Part shown: in pieces, positions 27,723 through 37,944 of the stretch
Layout of the letters: each line of letters starts with the position of its first letter
Numbering within the stretch: the first letter of the stretch is position 1
NCBI GenBank assembly: GCA_023409615.1
Contig: JAEYRF010000225.1
Location: forward strand, 1 to 57,983
Source of the DNA: Bacillota bacterium
GTDB taxonomy: Bacteria > Bacillota > Clostridia > Acetivibrionales > DTU013
DNA: 57,983 nucleotides
Direction: 5' to 3'
Notes under the pieces: model-generated
The model's input: the letters and a program-made list of their open reading frames with translations, nothing else
Database searches by the model: none
Told to the model about the DNA's origin: nothing
Translations under genes and position numbers: made by a program

Positions 27723-28860
27723 CATTTTATTAATAGTATCAAATATACTTAAGGCGACATTTAGAAAAAAAGGTAATATTATCATATATGTTTTTCTACC
27801 GCTCCTGGGGGTGCTGCTGTCACTTGTGATTTATTCAAGCTCAGGTTCGTCGGTATTAAGGGTGGGGTACATAAGTAATGACAATGGGGTAATGGCAGAA
27901 GAGGTTAAAGATATGTTGAGCTCCAATGAGGGATTTGCAGTATCTGATGTAGATGAAGCAGAGATTAACGATATGCTGTCGGAACAGATGCTCGATTTAG
28001 TCATAGCTCTACCTGAGGGCTTTACAGAAAGCGTTTACAGTGGTGATCTGAAGGATATTGAGATCATCTCCCTGAAGGGACTCGAAACAACAACCTGGGC
28101 TGAACAATTACTGGGCAGCTATACGGATGTTCTTGTGAAAATATCAGCAGCTTCTGATGGAGATAAAGTGATGTTTAGCGAGATGTACGAGCGCTATAAG
28201 GAAGGTTCGGTTATTATGAAGGTTTCTCTTCTGGAGGATAAGCAGGTCGGAAAATCCATGACAGTGACTTCAATAGGGTTCCTGATCATGTTTATGATGC
28301 TTGGGACCAGCTTTACTTCTATAATTATCCTGAAGGAAAAAAGAAGCCGTACGTTCTTCAGAATATGCACTGCTCCTGTCAACTCACGCCAATATATACT
28401 GGCTAATGCTATAACAAGTTTGCTGATTGTTATCATTCAAATTATTGTTATCCAGCTTGCGATGAAATTTATTCTGCGCATTGATACCGGAATAAGTGAT
28501 CCTGCATTATTTTTTATACTTCTCATGTTTGGACTTGTAGCTATTGGCATAGGGCTTGTAATTACGGCGTTTTCAAGCTCATCCTACATGGCAAGCAGTC
28601 TCACGACGCTTATTATGACGCCTACTTGTATGTTGGGAGGATGCTTCTGGGAAATAGATTTCATGCCGGAGTTTATGCAGAAAATGAGCCTTTTTATGCC
28701 CCAGCGATGGGCGATCGATGCTGTGGAGAAGCTGCAGATGAGTGGAGCTGGTGCGGACATTTACTTGAATTTGCTGGTGCTTGCAGCCTTTGCACTGGCG
28801 CTGATCCTTGTGGCTTCGTACAGGTTTACCAGAACAGACAATCTGCGGAAGTTTGTGTAG
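27715..28860 (+). CDS. ABC-2 family permease (second subunit)
   Basis: 381-aa ORF with the same topology as the preceding gene. Its start overlaps the upstream stop by 8 nt. Confidence 0.8.
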   Translation: MRNILLIVSNILKATFRKKGNIIIYVFLPLLGVLLSLVIYSSSGSSVLRVGYISNDNGVMAEEVKDMLSSNEGFAVSDVDEAEINDMLSEQMLDLVIALPEGFTESVYSGDLKDIEIISLKGLETTTWAEQLLGSYTDVLVKISAASDGDKVMFSEMYERYKEGSVIMKVSLLEDKQVGKSMTVTSIGFLIMFMMLGTSFTSIIILKEKRSRTFFRICTAPVNSRQYILANAITSLLIVIIQIIVIQLAMKFILRIDTGISDPALFFILLMFGLVAIGIGLVITAFSSSSYMASSLTTLIMTPTCMLGGCFWEIDFMPEFMQKMSLFMPQRWAIDAVEKLQMSGAGADIYLNLLVLAAFALALILVASYRFTRTDNLRKFV

Positions 28861-28864
28861 GAAG

Positions 28865-31800
28865 CTACTCAAATAGTGCCTGAAGCTCCTCCTGGGTCAT
28901 TTTGGACAGAAGAGTCTCACCGGGCTGGATGACAGCGTCTATGAGGCTTCGCTTCTTTTCCTGGAGAGCGAGTATTTTCTCCTCGATGGTGCCCTTTGTG
29001 ACGAGTTTTACAACATAGACTGCTTTCTTCTGACCGATTCGGTAGGACCGGTCTGTTGCTTGATCCTCAACGGCAGGATTCCACCAGGGATCATAATGGA
29101 TGACTGTATCGGCGCCGGTTAGGTTCAGACCTGTACCACCGGCTTTCAGTGAGATCAAAAAGACCTTACCCAGACCGTCGTTGAAAGAATTTACCAGGAA
29201 TCCCCTGTCTGAAATTGGTGTTGATCCATCAAGATAAAGGCAGGGTATTTTCAAGTCAGCCAGCCTTTTCCGGATTATCTGAAGCATTGCAGTAAATTGT
29301 GAAAAGAGCAATATCCTGTGTCCACCTTCCACGGATTCCTGAATGATCTCCTCCAGCAGCTGCATTTTACCACTTTCGCCAGTGTAGTTTTCTATAAAAA
29401 GGGACGGATGACAACAAAGCTGTCTGAGCCTTGTCAAGGCAGCCAGAATCCTGATCCTGCTCTTTTCAAAGCCCGATTCTTCGATATTTTTATTGATTTC
29501 TCCCTTGATGTCTTCCAGGTAGGCCAGATATATTTTTTTCTGATCCTCTGTAAGCTCTGCGATCATTGTATGCTCAATTTTCTCAGGCAGCTCGTTCAAT
29601 ACGTCCTTTTTCAACCTTCTGAGTACAAAGGGTTTAATCTGACGATTCAGATCACTGAAAGTCTCATGGCTGTCTTCATCGAAAGCCGGCTGAACGTATT
29701 TTTCGTTAAAGCGGCCGTAAGAGTAAAGATAACCGGGCAGCACAAAGTCGAAAATTGACCAGAGTTCGTATAAATTATTCTCTATCGGTGTACCGGTAAG
29801 GGCAAAACGGGTTTCTGCCTTAACAAGCTTAACGGATCTTGCGTTTCTTGATGATGGATTCTTTATGTGTTGTGCTTCATCCAGTATACAGTAACGGAAG
29901 TTATGTTCCGAATAAAGTTCAATATCTCTTCTGATCAGCGGATATGAAGTGATAACAACATCGAACCCGTCAAGATGAGCGATCAAGTTATGTCGTTCAT
30001 TCCTGTCCCCGACAATGGTGATATACTTTAATCCGGGAGCGAACTTGTCAAGCTCGGCACACCAGTTAAATACCAGAGAGGTCGGAACGATTATCAGCGA
30101 TGGGGCAGTGCCTCTCTCATGTTTTGAGGATAATAGCATGGCAATAATCTGCAGGGTTTTACCAAGCCCCATGTCATCAGCCAGTATGCCGCCCAGTTTA
30201 TAGTGATCCAGTGTTTTCAGCCACTTAAATCCAAACTTCTGATAGTCTCTTAACAAACCCTTCAGTTCGGGCGGTAAGGCAAAGGCCATATCCTCAGGCT
30301 CTTTTATATTCTGTACAAATTCTTTGAATGCACTGTTTCTTTCTATATTGTGAAATCCTGAATCGCGAATATTCTGATCGAGGTAGGCAGCCCTAAAGCG
30401 AGGCAATTCGATATATTCATTTTCCATCAACTCCGGCGCTACATCCAGCTTCTCCATAAAGTCATTCAATCTGGTAAATTCGCTGGAATCCAGATGAATA
30501 AAGCTGCCGCTTCTCAGCTGATAGAACTTTTTCTTTTTTCTGATAGAAGCAAAAATGTCGGCAAGCTCGGTACGTTCAATACCATCTGCGTCAAACGAGA
30601 ATTCAAGCATGTTTGAATCTGTATTGAGCCGGAACTGCGCCGTAAATGATACGGATGACTTCAACTTCAGGTTTTTCAGGTTCTCTGAATAATAGATCGA
30701 CGCATAATCCTGAAGCATTGGTACCAGCCTGAAAACAAAATCATAAATTGCTTCATCACCGGACAGATGGACAGTTCCTTCCATTACCTTAAAATCGGCC
30801 ATTCCCAGGATGTCAAGAATAGCTTCTTCGTTGCGGATCTGCCGAATCAAAAGCTTATCATGTGCAGTTGTGAGACGGTTATATGGAAGGAAAGGGTTTA
30901 TTGTATTATCTCCATATTTAAATCGGACCTCTGCAGAAATATCTGACCCATTGCGATCAAGGTATATTTCTGCTTCAAGAGGCAACTTATCGATTGTTGA
31001 GAGCACCTGTTCAGTAATGGATAGCTTGCCGGCTTTTTCTGCAAAGGGCAATATTTCAGAAACGAAACGCTGCTTATCTTCCTCAATAAAACGCAGTTTG
31101 CGTCCGTTTTGATACATCATGGCCATGTAAAAAGGCTTCAGGTACTCGCTCTGTTGTTTTGATACATGATAGATCCCGCTGCCGGAATAAAAATACTCTC
31201 CGTCTTCTGTCAGAGGAAGCATTGTACCTTCAAAATCTATATTCAGCACAAGATCCCGACCTTCATTTGATAGCAGGAAATCCACTGGGATGTCCTCATT
31301 TTTTACAGTGAGTGATTTAGACTCATTTCCAAGGATAACAGCTGAAAAAGCGCTTTTTTCATATATTCGCAGAAAGTTCTTGAGGGTACTGTCAGTCAGG
31401 TACACCTTCGTGTCCATAAAAATGCCTGTATTCGTATTTCCGTGGGTATAAGCCGTCACCAGCTTATCGGTCTCATATATTTCTTTTAAAAGGTTTATCA
31501 ATTCAAGGTCTTCATCCTTAAACTCATGGCGGGAGGGCGAATATGTAAATTTTTTGCCGAAGTTCAAATCCAGGTTATTTTCCATATGGTATAGAAGTCT
31601 CCGGATATCCTTGACTATATAAAGCCTCTCTTGCCCGATCCGCAGCTTTAATGAGGGCGATAGTGCCTGACCTGTGCCATTAACCTTTGCCAGTTCAAAG
31701 GTCGGTTCCAAAAATACTGTTGATTTTATTGCGACCTGTTTGTCACTGAATAAATTAAAGATATCCTTTGCGGCCCGTCGGAAGCGAAGCTCACGGAAAA

Positions 31801-32095
31801 AGCCCTGACTGTCTTTCTCACTGATGAGCAGCAGAACCGCTACCATATGCTTGCAGCAGCCCCAACCGTCATTGCCGACAGGGCAGGTACAATCGATCTC
31901 TGAAAGCTTTCCTGCAAGAGTGAACTTCAGATGTTGGGTATACAACTTATCCCCGAGCACCGTTGATGTAAATGTGAGTTTTTCTTGATTGAACTGGACG
32001 GATTTTATCCGCCTGTTCCGAAAATATTCCTGACCGGCATTATATTCATTGGTCGATGTCTTCGCCAAAATTGATTCTTTAGTTAAATCAAACAT
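28865..32095 (-). CDS. SNF2-family helicase with an N-terminal SWIM zinc finger and a bacterial SNF2-associated region
   Basis: 1076-aa ORF. The SWIM motif is CTCPVGNDGWGCCKHMVAVLL. SNF2 motifs are ILADDMGLGKT, DEAQHIKN and LTGTPIENN. The helicase C-terminal motifs are FLISLKAGGTGLNLTGADTVIHYDPWWNPAVEDQATDRSYRIGQ. Confidence 0.9.
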   Translation of the reverse strand: MFDLTKESILAKTSTNEYNAGQEYFRNRRIKSVQFNQEKLTFTSTVLGDKLYTQHLKFTLAGKLSEIDCTCPVGNDGWGCCKHMVAVLLLISEKDSQGFFRELRFRRAAKDIFNLFSDKQVAIKSTVFLEPTFELAKVNGTGQALSPSLKLRIGQERLYIVKDIRRLLYHMENNLDLNFGKKFTYSPSRHEFKDEDLELINLLKEIYETDKLVTAYTHGNTNTGIFMDTKVYLTDSTLKNFLRIYEKSAFSAVILGNESKSLTVKNEDIPVDFLLSNEGRDLVLNIDFEGTMLPLTEDGEYFYSGSGIYHVSKQQSEYLKPFYMAMMYQNGRKLRFIEEDKQRFVSEILPFAEKAGKLSITEQVLSTIDKLPLEAEIYLDRNGSDISAEVRFKYGDNTINPFLPYNRLTTAHDKLLIRQIRNEEAILDILGMADFKVMEGTVHLSGDEAIYDFVFRLVPMLQDYASIYYSENLKNLKLKSSVSFTAQFRLNTDSNMLEFSFDADGIERTELADIFASIRKKKKFYQLRSGSFIHLDSSEFTRLNDFMEKLDVAPELMENEYIELPRFRAAYLDQNIRDSGFHNIERNSAFKEFVQNIKEPEDMAFALPPELKGLLRDYQKFGFKWLKTLDHYKLGGILADDMGLGKTLQIIAMLLSSKHERGTAPSLIIVPTSLVFNWCAELDKFAPGLKYITIVGDRNERHNLIAHLDGFDVVITSYPLIRRDIELYSEHNFRYCILDEAQHIKNPSSRNARSVKLVKAETRFALTGTPIENNLYELWSIFDFVLPGYLYSYGRFNEKYVQPAFDEDSHETFSDLNRQIKPFVLRRLKKDVLNELPEKIEHTMIAELTEDQKKIYLAYLEDIKGEINKNIEESGFEKSRIRILAALTRLRQLCCHPSLFIENYTGESGKMQLLEEIIQESVEGGHRILLFSQFTAMLQIIRKRLADLKIPCLYLDGSTPISDRGFLVNSFNDGLGKVFLISLKAGGTGLNLTGADTVIHYDPWWNPAVEDQATDRSYRIGQKKAVYVVKLVTKGTIEEKILALQEKKRSLIDAVIQPGETLLSKMTQEELQALFE

Positions 32096-32455
32096 TCAAT
32101 ACTCCCGGGGCATTTTGCTGTACGCAAAAGCTTTTCCTAAAATGTTATTGTACTTCAAAAACAGTATCCTTATATTATATAACAATTCAGGATTCTTTTA
32201 ATCAAAAATTTCAAAATGCTATTTTTATGTATGTGTTACTATAATATTTATAGTTTTGATATGTTTACCTGTTTACATAATGTGCCATGGTTGGTTGAAG
32301 AAAAGCACGGTTTTTGTTATACTTATTTCAAGCAGCTGTTGCTGATGAAAGCTCATTTTGACAGTGCGGTTTCTATGAGGCTGTATGTGCATATATCAGG
32401 TAACAACATATGATGTATAAATCTTCTTATCCGGGAAAGGTTGTGGCTCTCTAGA

Positions 32456-34933
32456 ATGCAGCAGCATATCCTGAAACGCAAACACATCAAAACAGAGTTA
32501 GAAAATATATTCAATTATCCGCTGACCTTGGCAGTGGCGGCAATGGGGTACGGAAAAACTACGTCGGTCAGAGATTTTCTCGCCGACGGAGCGTTTCGAT
32601 ATACATGGTTGACAGTCGACAGCGACGAGTCCTCCCCTCAGTTTATTTGGGATAGCCTGACAAGCCAGCTTTCCAAGGTCAAACCGGAACTGGGTGCACA
32701 GTTGAGTGCCTTTGGCTTCCCCGTCGACGCATCTCAAAGGGATAAGATTCTCCGCATCATCGAAGACCTTACATATATGACCAACTCGGTACTTGTTATA
32801 GATGATTACCATAACGTGCATTCACCGGAGTGGGATAAGCTGGTGGAACGGCTTGTTCGGGCAAATATACAAGGTTTTCATATCCTGATTCTTTCCAGAA
32901 CGATGCCGGAAATAAGTATTGACGAGCTGCGGCTTAAAGGTTGCTGCTATGTGATAAAAAGCAGTGTGTTCGAAATGAATGTGTCTGAAATCAAGGAATT
33001 TTTCGGGCTCTACGGCAACAATATATCAGACAAGGCCGCAGAGCAGATTCATGATATTTCTGAAGGCTGGGTATCCGCTGTTTATCTGATAATGCAGGAA
33101 TATGACGAAACGGGAAGGATTTCGACAGGGCAGAGTTTGGAACGTCTGATTGAAACGTCGGTCATGAAGAAATATACGCCAACTGAAGAGCGCATTCTCA
33201 AAGCTCTTTGCATTCTCGACAGCTTTACACCGCAGCAGGCGGTCTATGTGACGAACGAGCAGGATGCTGAGGATATACTGCGTAAAATAAGTTACTTCAA
33301 CTCTTTTATTCGTTACGACAAACAGGAGGATGTTTACCGTATACATAACGTCCTCGGCGGCTATTTGCAAAAGCGGCTTGAGGCCGAGCCTTCTGAAATT
33401 TCCGAAAAAGAACTGTACAAGCGCTCGGGCGTGTGGTGTGTTCAAAATGAGCATGTCCTTACAGGGCTGAAATATCTGCTGAAGGCAGAGGAATATGACC
33501 TGATTTTGGGCGAGTTTGATAAAAGCATCAGTATCACCCGGTTGATGGACAGCAGTCCTGCGTATATTATAGAAATTTTTGAACGTATTCCGGAGGAGAC
33601 AAAGTTATGCCATCCTATTAGTTATCTGGCCTATATGGGTTTTTTTATTACAAATGTAGATAGGGATATAGGCGCTCGCCGGTTGTCGGAGCTTGAGCAG
33701 CATTACGAGCGTGATCGCGGGCTGACCGCCGATATGCAAAGGCGCATTCGCGGTGAAATAGAGCTGATTGGAGCCTATATCGCCTTTAACGATGTGCCGC
33801 TGATGCATGAAAGATTTAAGAAAGCATATAAACTGCTCGAAGGGCACTCCGCTATCGCAAATGAAAGAAAAATTATCACCTTTGGCTCTCCACATTCTCT
33901 TTACCTATATTACCGCAACGCCGGAGGTCTGCTTGGGGTGAAGGAATCCGTTCAAGAAATGTTCCAATACTATACCGAACTGGCAGGAGGCTGCGGCAGG
34001 GGCTTTGATGACCTTTTGGAAGCGGAATATTTTCTGGAAACAGGTGAACTGGATAAAGCCGAGCTCTACGCGCGCAGGGCCAATCATAAGGCGGAGAGCT
34101 TAAATCAACTCTCGGTTTCCATCTGCGCGGAATTTTCGATAGCAAGAGTGTTTGCCGCACGGGGCAAATTTGATGAAGCCCTGGAGGTCATGGCTGAGCT
34201 CAGAGATGATGTGGAGGCGGCAAGTGGGCCTATATTAGGCAGTGCCTTTGATGTGAGCTTCGGTTATATCGGTGGGATAACCGGGTGCGAAGACAGTTTC
34301 AGTCAGTGGCTTGGCGAGGGAGACCTGGCGCAAAGTGAAATACTCTATCAAGGCATGGGATTTAACTATATTGCTTATGGAAAGTATATTTTGTTTACAG
34401 GAGACTTCATCAAGCTTGAGGTTGTCTGTGAGCAGATGCAGCAGGTTTTTTCCCAATTCCATAATATGCTCGGATATCTGCACATGCATATTCTATCCGC
34501 CATTGCCCGCCATCGGCTTTATGGGATAGACAGTGCAATGGAATCCATAATCCCGGCTCTGGAGATTGGGAAAGCGGACGGGATCATCCTTCCTTTTGCA
34601 GAATATGGCGAACATATTCTGGATATCTTGAGGGAGCTGTTAAAAGGTGGTGGGGTGGATGAATACCTTGGCCGGCTTCTGGATGGCGCCTCCTGCTACG
34701 TGGATAACCTCAGGGCTTTCCACGGGCAGAAAACGGAGAAGCCCATACTGACCCCCCGGGAAAAGGAAATTCTGGTGCTCGTCGTCGAGGGAAGGAGCAA
34801 CCGGGAGATCGCCTCCGAGCTTTATATTGCGGAGGTGACGGTAAGAAAGAACATCACTGCCATCTACCGGAAGCTGCATGTCACTGGACGCGCCGCGGCC
34901 GTCCGCAGGGCGCTGGAGATAAAGATATTGTAG
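32456..34933 (+). CDS. Large ATP-binding LuxR-family regulator (LAL / MalT-like STAND NTPase with a C-terminal HTH)
   Basis: The ORF opens at 32441 (TTG). The first ATG is at 32456, so the start is uncertain. Walker A is AAMGYGKTT and Walker B is VLVIDDYH. There is a helical/TPR-like middle region. The C-terminal LuxR HTH is LTPREKEILVLVVEGRSNREIASELYIAEVTVRKNI. Confidence 0.8.
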   Translation: MQQHILKRKHIKTELENIFNYPLTLAVAAMGYGKTTSVRDFLADGAFRYTWLTVDSDESSPQFIWDSLTSQLSKVKPELGAQLSAFGFPVDASQRDKILRIIEDLTYMTNSVLVIDDYHNVHSPEWDKLVERLVRANIQGFHILILSRTMPEISIDELRLKGCCYVIKSSVFEMNVSEIKEFFGLYGNNISDKAAEQIHDISEGWVSAVYLIMQEYDETGRISTGQSLERLIETSVMKKYTPTEERILKALCILDSFTPQQAVYVTNEQDAEDILRKISYFNSFIRYDKQEDVYRIHNVLGGYLQKRLEAEPSEISEKELYKRSGVWCVQNEHVLTGLKYLLKAEEYDLILGEFDKSISITRLMDSSPAYIIEIFERIPEETKLCHPISYLAYMGFFITNVDRDIGARRLSELEQHYERDRGLTADMQRRIRGEIELIGAYIAFNDVPLMHERFKKAYKLLEGHSAIANERKIITFGSPHSLYLYYRNAGGLLGVKESVQEMFQYYTELAGGCGRGFDDLLEAEYFLETGELDKAELYARRANHKAESLNQLSVSICAEFSIARVFAARGKFDEALEVMAELRDDVEAASGPILGSAFDVSFGYIGGITGCEDSFSQWLGEGDLAQSEILYQGMGFNYIAYGKYILFTGDFIKLEVVCEQMQQVFSQFHNMLGYLHMHILSAIARHRLYGIDSAMESIIPALEIGKADGIILPFAEYGEHILDILRELLKGGGVDEYLGRLLDGASCYVDNLRAFHGQKTEKPILTPREKEILVLVVEGRSNREIASELYIAEVTVRKNITAIYRKLHVTGRAAAVRRALEIKIL

Positions 34934-35103
34934 CAATCTCTCGAAATGTATCGGATGCGATAATATGCGATTATGGTAAACTCCGCTATGATAAGCATAG
35001 TGGAGTTATATCTGAGACTTGACAATAATATACACTGAAATACATACTATAAATGGGTGCAAAAAAAGCAGATTTCCGACAGGAGAGCAGATCGGAGGTA
35101 TCA

Positions 35104-36501
35104 ATGCCAATTAATGAATTGTGGCCTGTGATTATCCCCGGAGCAGTATTGCAGATTCTGATACAGGTATATTACATCCGGCATTGCTGGAAAAACACCC
35201 GGCTCAGAGTGCATCAGAAATGGATTTATACCTTTGTCATTTCCGTGTTCAGCCTTCCGGCAGCAGCAATATACCTTATTAATAACCGGGACAAAACATC
35301 GATACACGACAATGATTTTATTGACGTTGATATTGACAGTTATGTACGGCAGGGGATATTCATTCTACTCATTGTGGCGTTTGAGGTTTTTGCGCTGCGC
35401 GTCATTGCTGATAATGCACAAAATTCGTATTATATTCTGATTGTCAGCCTGCTGGCTTATTGTTTTGTTATAATGCTTGTTAATAATTTACTTTCGGTGG
35501 AGCGCTCCCGTTTGCTGTATTATTTGCTGCCCGCTATCCAACTGCTCCTTGCGATTCCGTTACAATATCTGGACAGGACATATAATGCGCAGTATATATT
35601 AATGATTCTAGCTGCCGGTATTATCAACAAATTTCCCATGCCGCCTGCTAAAACTTATACAATTGCTGCATTTGCTGCTTTTCTTATCGGAAGTACTGCT
35701 AAAGCACTAAAGTACTACCGCATGGTGGACTTCAATGATATAATCAGCTATCTATACATAAATACCTTAGTATTCTTACTAATTATTGCGGCATTCTACA
35801 CTCTTAAGAAGCAGCTTTTAACTAATCGACGGTTGGATGCAGCACTTCAAAGAGTAAGAGAACAGGCCGGACAGATTGAAAAAATGGGCGCTCTTGCCGA
35901 ACGAAATCGTATTACCGGAGAAATACATGACACAGTTGGTCATACGTTGACCAGTGCAGTCATTTCCATTGAAGCAGCTGAAAAGCTGCTTGGGAAGGAC
36001 GTTGTGAAAGCTGCAGAAAAGCTGTCACTGGCCAGAATACAGGTTAAACGTGGTCTTGAGGATATACGCAGCTCAGTTAGAGCTATACGAATTGGCGGTG
36101 AAGAAACCTTCGAGCATGCACTCGCACAAATGCTCGAAGATGTCCGTCAGACCACCGGTTTAGTTATAAACTGTATTATTGAGACTAAATCTGTTCTGTT
36201 ATCCGTTCAGCAGGGCATTCTCCTGCTTGCAATAAAAGAATGTATAACCAATGCATTAAAGCATGGAAAATGTACCGAGATAGATGTTCTTGTGCAGGAA
36301 TACAAGGAAGCCGTTCGGCTGACCTTTTCTGATAATGGAACGGGCACAGATCAGGTCGTGCCCGGGTCGGGGCTATCCATTATGAAAGAGCGTGTGCAAA
36401 GCATTGGAGGAGTCCTTCAGGTTGAAAGTTTTAAAGGGGAAGGCTTTACAGTCAATATTTCTATACCTGTCGGTATCAGTCTGGGAGGTGATTGTACATG
36501 A
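35104..36501 (+). CDS. Membrane sensor histidine kinase (HisKA_3 class) whose first two TM helices resemble a PLDc_N module
   Basis: The ATG at 35104 has GGAGG 6 nt upstream (the ORF opens at 35053). The H-box is ERNRITGEIHDTVGHTLTS and the ATPase domain carries DNGTG and GSGLSIMKER. The N-terminus is PVIIPGAVLQILIQVYYI...KWIYTFVISVFSLPAAAIYL. Confidence 0.85.
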   Translation: MPINELWPVIIPGAVLQILIQVYYIRHCWKNTRLRVHQKWIYTFVISVFSLPAAAIYLINNRDKTSIHDNDFIDVDIDSYVRQGIFILLIVAFEVFALRVIADNAQNSYYILIVSLLAYCFVIMLVNNLLSVERSRLLYYLLPAIQLLLAIPLQYLDRTYNAQYILMILAAGIINKFPMPPAKTYTIAAFAAFLIGSTAKALKYYRMVDFNDIISYLYINTLVFLLIIAAFYTLKKQLLTNRRLDAALQRVREQAGQIEKMGALAERNRITGEIHDTVGHTLTSAVISIEAAEKLLGKDVVKAAEKLSLARIQVKRGLEDIRSSVRAIRIGGEETFEHALAQMLEDVRQTTGLVINCIIETKSVLLSVQQGILLLAIKECITNALKHGKCTEIDVLVQEYKEAVRLTFSDNGTGTDQVVPGSGLSIMKERVQSIGGVLQVESFKGEGFTVNISIPVGISLGGDCT

Positions 36502-37133
36502 GAATAATTAGAGTAATGCTGGCTGACGATCAGACGATTATCCGTGATGGCCTGCGGGCATTGCTAGAAGCCTGCAAGGATATATGTATTGTTGCTGAAG
36601 CAAATAATGGAAGACAGGCCTATGAAATGGTCAAGGAGCATCAGCCTGACGTCGTTCTGATGGATATTCGGATGCCCGAAACTGACGGTGTTGAGGCTAC
36701 CCGTCTTATTAAAAAGGATTTTCCCGAAACGAAAATCATTGTTCTGACTACCTTTGACGATGACGAGTATATCATCAATGCCATGACTTTCGGTGCCGCA
36801 GGATATCTTTTAAAGGACATAGGCGGAGAGAAGCTAATTGAAGCGATCCGCGACGGCTATGCAGGAAATATTATTCTGCCTGGTAGAATTGCTTCAAAGA
36901 TTACGGCACGCCTTACGCAAACAGAGATGCCAAAAACAGAACTTAGTGATTTTACAGGACGTGAACAGGAGATTATAAGACTCCTTTTACTTGGAAAAAG
37001 CAATAAGGAAATAGCCGAAAAGCTGTTTCTTACAGTCGGTACTGTGAAAAATTATATCAGTCAAATTTACAGCAAAGCGGAAATTACAGACAGGGCAAAC
37101 GCTGTGCTGTTCTTTAAGAAGCTGGGACTATAG
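36498..37133 (+). CDS. NarL/LuxR-family response regulator
   Basis: The start is ATGA-coupled to the kinase stop, with GGGAGGTGA as RBS. The receiver is IRVMLADDQ...DVVLMDIRMP. The LuxR HTH is FTGREQEIIRLLLLGKSNKEIAEKLFLTVGTVKNYIS. Confidence 0.9.
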   Translation: MRIIRVMLADDQTIIRDGLRALLEACKDICIVAEANNGRQAYEMVKEHQPDVVLMDIRMPETDGVEATRLIKKDFPETKIIVLTTFDDDEYIINAMTFGAAGYLLKDIGGEKLIEAIRDGYAGNIILPGRIASKITARLTQTEMPKTELSDFTGREQEIIRLLLLGKSNKEIAEKLFLTVGTVKNYISQIYSKAEITDRANAVLFFKKLGL

Positions 37134-37176
37134 CTATGAGATGGTGAGTATTGATCCTTCCCTTTTATTCTGAATA

Positions 37177-37216
37177 ATATGACTCATGATATGACCCGAG
37201 TCACTTATCATATGAC
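37177..37216 (+). promoter_or_regulatory. Three phased direct copies of ATATGAC upstream of the lipoprotein/ABC operon, a candidate response-regulator binding site
   Basis: Copies start at 37177, 37189 and 37210, giving spacings of 12 and 21 bp. The first copy lies inside the 9-bp palindrome ATGACTCAT. Confidence 0.4.
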
Positions 37217-37270
37217 CTTATCCGCAGTTAAAATGTTACTGTAAATCTATTTAATTGTCGGAGGCGCCAT

Positions 37271-37735
37271 ATGAAAAGAATTAGTTTGATTTTAGTCCTT
37301 ATTTTTATCATAGTCATATCGTCTGGATGCAATCTTTTCTCACAATCAAATAGCACGAATAACCCGGGTATGCCAACAAAGCAGCAGACGGAGGTGCTGT
37401 CGTCTCAAGAGGCTGTCGGGAATACATCGTCGGATAATATACAAGTACCGTCTAATGATACACAGACGGATGACAAATCGCAGCAAGAAATAAAGATCGA
37501 TACAGGAACCTATCAGGGGCAAATTGACAGCAACTTTATAGAAATTGCTATTTCGGGCGTTCCTGAAGAAAATGCAACAAAGGTATTTATGTTATTCGGT
37601 GAGCTCAAAGAGAAATTTGATGAAATGCAGCTTAGCACCGGTGAGGGTATTACGTTTCAGTATTTCATCAATGAAGCTGAGCAGAATGTTATTAGGAAAA
37701 TTCAAAGGCTGGATAGAGAGAGTGATGATAAATGA
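37271..37735 (+). CDS. Putative lipoprotein
   Basis: 154-aa ORF with GGAGG RBS. The signal peptide has a lipobox-like VISSGC. A Ser/Thr/Gln-rich linker follows, then a small globular domain. Confidence 0.65.
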   Translation: MKRISLILVLIFIIVISSGCNLFSQSNSTNNPGMPTKQQTEVLSSQEAVGNTSSDNIQVPSNDTQTDDKSQQEIKIDTGTYQGQIDSNFIEIAISGVPEENATKVFMLFGELKEKFDEMQLSTGEGITFQYFINEAEQNVIRKIQRLDRESDDK

Positions 37736-37944
37736 GTGAATTTACTTTAACAACCGACATCATCCTCATGTTGCTTCCTCTGGCGGCAATACAGATAGGT
37801 CTTGCGATTTACTGTACTGTAATAATCTTCAGAGAAGGCGTTCAGAATCTCAACAAGTGGGTATGGGCTGCAATATGTCTGTTTATTAATTTGTTGGGAC
37901 CCATCACCTTCCTGATAGTTGGCAGAAAGAAGGAATATCGATGA
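37732..37944 (+). CDS. Small two-TM membrane protein, PLDc_N (cardiolipin-synthase N-terminal-like) family, YxlE-like
   Basis: 70-aa ORF that is ATGA-coupled at both ends. The pattern LPLAAIQIGLAIYCTVII...NKWVWAAICLFINLLGPITFLIVGRK is typical of PLDc_N peptides found next to ABC transporters. Confidence 0.65.
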   Translation: MSEFTLTTDIILMLLPLAAIQIGLAIYCTVIIFREGVQNLNKWVWAAICLFINLLGPITFLIVGRKKEYR

